Made by a program: the position numbers and the translations under genes. From a virus: a DNA stretch of 64,000 bases. Numbering within the stretch: position 1 is the first letter of the stretch; every line of letters starts with the position of its first letter. Below, piece by piece: positions 62,010 to 64,000 of the stretch. The DNA is taken from the IMG/VR virus record IMGVR_UViG_3300019757_000164, positions 1 to 64,000 of that record; one strand, given 5' to 3'. A model generated the notes under the pieces. That model did not search any database, was not told the DNA's origin, and saw nothing but the letters and a program-made list of their open reading frames with translations.

Positions 62010-62207
62010 ATGAAGAAAATTATTAATAAAGACGGAACTATCACATTAAATTTAACTTCAAAAGAATTGGAAATGTTGGATATTGGATTAGGTAGCATGA
62101 TTGGTGATTTAGCTTATACTATTGATAGTCCGTATACTGAAGATTGTATTGCAGAAGATGCGGAGAAAGAAATGAATGATTATATCAAATTAAGAGAACA
62201 ATTATAA
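62010..62207 (+). CDS. Small early protein
   Basis: AAGGAG RBS. Confidence 0.6.
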   Translation: MKKIINKDGTITLNLTSKELEMLDIGLGSMIGDLAYTIDSPYTEDCIAEDAEKEMNDYIKLREQL

Positions 62208-62236
62208 GAAGTTAATAAAATACAAAAGGAGTAGAT

Positions 62237-62458
62237 ATGAATAAATGGTATGTACAAGTTACAGAAATCAAACATCAGAATAGATGGGCTAAATGTATTA
62301 TAGATTCAAATAATTCTATTGTACTAGAGATAGAATTTATGGATATAAAAATAGCAAATAGTATTGTTAATACTCACAATGATTCTGTAGAACTTTCTTA
62401 TGAGATAGGAATGAAGGAAGGCGTTAAAATAACAAAAGAAGTTTATGGAGATAAATAA
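62237..62458 (+). CDS. Small early protein
   Basis: AAAGGAG RBS. Confidence 0.6.
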   Translation: MNKWYVQVTEIKHQNRWAKCIIDSNNSIVLEIEFMDIKIANSIVNTHNDSVELSYEIGMKEGVKITKEVYGDK

Positions 62459-62487
62459 ATATTTTTTAAAAAAGTTTTGAAAAAGTG

Positions 62488-62516
62488 TTGACATTAATAT
62501 CATAGTATAGTATACT
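62488..62516 (+). promoter_or_regulatory. SigA-type early promoter
   Basis: A-tract, then TTGACA-17 nt-TATACT. Confidence 0.75.
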
Positions 62517-62562
62517 TAAGATAGTTAAAGGATAGCACTTAAAAAATGACTTGGAGGTCAAT

Positions 62563-62835
62563 ATGAAAAAGTATAATGATGAATATGGATTTATTAACAC
62601 AGAAGTATCAGAAGATTACAGAATTATTGCAAGTATGATGCTAGAAGAAGAATATAATACATACATGAGTAAATGGGGCTATTTACCTAAGAGATATAGA
62701 CTTGTAGTAGATAATGGCTGTGGATTAGCTTACACTGATAAATTTGAAACAATCGAAGAATTAAGAAAAGCAGTTAATAGGATTCAATTCATAACAGATG
62801 AAGAAAAAGAATTTTTGCTAAGATTAGAAGCCTAA
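62563..62835 (+). CDS. Small early protein
   Basis: GGAGGTCAAT-ATG, the same leader as the gene at 60119. Confidence 0.6.
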   Translation: MKKYNDEYGFINTEVSEDYRIIASMMLEEEYNTYMSKWGYLPKRYRLVVDNGCGLAYTDKFETIEELRKAVNRIQFITDEEKEFLLRLEA

Positions 62836-62851
62836 CAGCTTCTTTTTTTTT
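62826..62851 (+). terminator. Rho-independent terminator
   Basis: AGAAGC-CTAACA-GCTTCT followed by a T-tract. Confidence 0.75.
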
Positions 62852-63366
62852 ATTGTCTATTATACCTTTTGATTGATTCGTATGAGTAGTTATATAATAT
62901 CTGATGTATTAGTACTAGATATGATTATATGAGCTTACAGGGCTATATGATGGGATTAGGGTAAAGAACTTTATAAAAGTTTATATAAAAAAAGACTATT
63001 TAACGATAGTCTCTAATTGATCTAATATAGTTATAGTATCTGGATTGAATGAAGATATTATTTCTTTCTCATGACTAAAGTCTAGCAAAGTATCTATGTA
63101 TTCGTCTAATAATTCATAACCCATTGACTCGTACATCTCACCCTCTAACAATGAGTATCTATCCATATATAGTAATATAGATTGTGTTTATGATTATATT
63201 ATATATTAAGTTAGGTGTAATGTAAAGGATAAGTTTATATAATTTTATTTTAAATAAGTGTTGACATGGATATAATGAGTGTGATACAATAAGGTGATAG
63301 GTAAATTTGATAAACAGAAAGTGTTAAATGAAAAAAAAACAATGGATTTAAAGAAGGGAGTCACAC

Positions 63367-64000
63367 ATGAAGAGAGTACCACAGAACACAGATACATACA
63401 GAACTATAAATAAAGTATACAAGAGTCTAAAAGTAAATCAGGAAATTAAAAACTATAAAGAGTTTTGCAAGTTATTAGGTTTGAGTCCATCAAGTGGAAA
63501 TAGTAGAAATGGACATATAAGAACCTTTAACTATTTCTTTGAATATGAAAGAAAAGGACATGGCTATATAATAACAAAGATATATGACAAACCAATAGAG
63601 TACAATAGATACCATAAATCAGAGTATAAAAATGAAAGATATTGTTATGGTGATATAAATGATTACCTCGACACAAAAGGTATATATGCACTAATAAACA
63701 AAAGTGATATATACATAGGCAAAAGCTTTGATCTATATACTAGACTCTCTAATCACCTAGGAGAACACAGTAGTATACCTTATACTAGAGATATGCTTAT
63801 TAACGGCGGAATGTGTTATGTATTATTTGATTTGGGTATTGATGATGATTATCTGTTAAAAGAATGTGAGTCAATAGTAATAAACCATTATATAGATAAT
63901 ACCAATTTAAATGTAGTCAATAAAAGAAAGAACGTCAATAATAAGAAACAATCATTGAATAGATATATTACAGTATCCACAGAGGATTATGAGTTAGCTG
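63367..64000 (+). CDS. GIY-YIG endonuclease-domain protein, truncated by the window end
   Basis: Hand translation MKRVPQNT...KGIYALINKSDIYIGKSFDLYTRLSNHL; RBS AAGGGAG; promoter TTGACA-18-TACAAT at 63261-63290. Confidence 0.75.
   Translation, partial: MKRVPQNTDTYRTINKVYKSLKVNQEIKNYKEFCKLLGLSPSSGNSRNGHIRTFNYFFEYERKGHGYIITKIYDKPIEYNRYHKSEYKNERYCYGDINDYLDTKGIYALINKSDIYIGKSFDLYTRLSNHLGEHSSIPYTRDMLINGGMCYVLFDLGIDDDYLLKECESIVINHYIDNTNLNVVNKRKNVNNKKQSLNRYITVSTEDYELA

Noticed and set aside
1-64000. tRNA, rRNA or tmRNA genes
   Set aside because: No cloverleaf, T-loop or rRNA-like GC-rich segment was seen by eye; a tRNAscan/ARAGORN run would be needed to exclude them.

Overview
AT-rich segment of a large Firmicutes phage genome, probably infecting an anaerobic Clostridia-like host. 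No virion genes are recognisable in this window. Almost all genes from 1 to 59.3 kb are on the minus strand. 1-21 kb holds nucleotide metabolism (ThyX-like, FolD-like, dUTPase, NrdD/NrdG, kinase-HAD fusion), a SigA-like sigma factor and a replisome (RecJ, ERCC4 nuclease, DnaE, primase, DnaB, AAA ATPase, SSB-like). 21-59 kb is an accessory region of small ORFs with a C5 methyltransferase, a tyrosine recombinase, an HslV-like protein, TnpB, a radical SAM enzyme, an HNH nuclease and a DenV-like glycosylase. From about 59.4 kb there are plus-strand promoter-gene-terminator modules. The main unexplained structure is about 20 dispersed ~70-bp imperfect palindromes. Each has a dif-like core (approx. 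ATTGTGTGCATAA-N7-TTATGCATACAAT), a unique 7-nt spacer and conserved outer arms, and lies between a stop codon and the next RBS. Together they divide the accessory region into cassettes around an intact phage tyrosine recombinase, suggesting an integron/pdif-like gene-cassette system. One cassette is a TnpB whose putative omegaRNA end is fused to the repeat. Also notable are a prfB-like GTT-TGA-C +1 frameshift in recJ and a candidate structured ncRNA at about 42.1-42.35 kb. All calls come from motif recognition by eye; no database searches were run.
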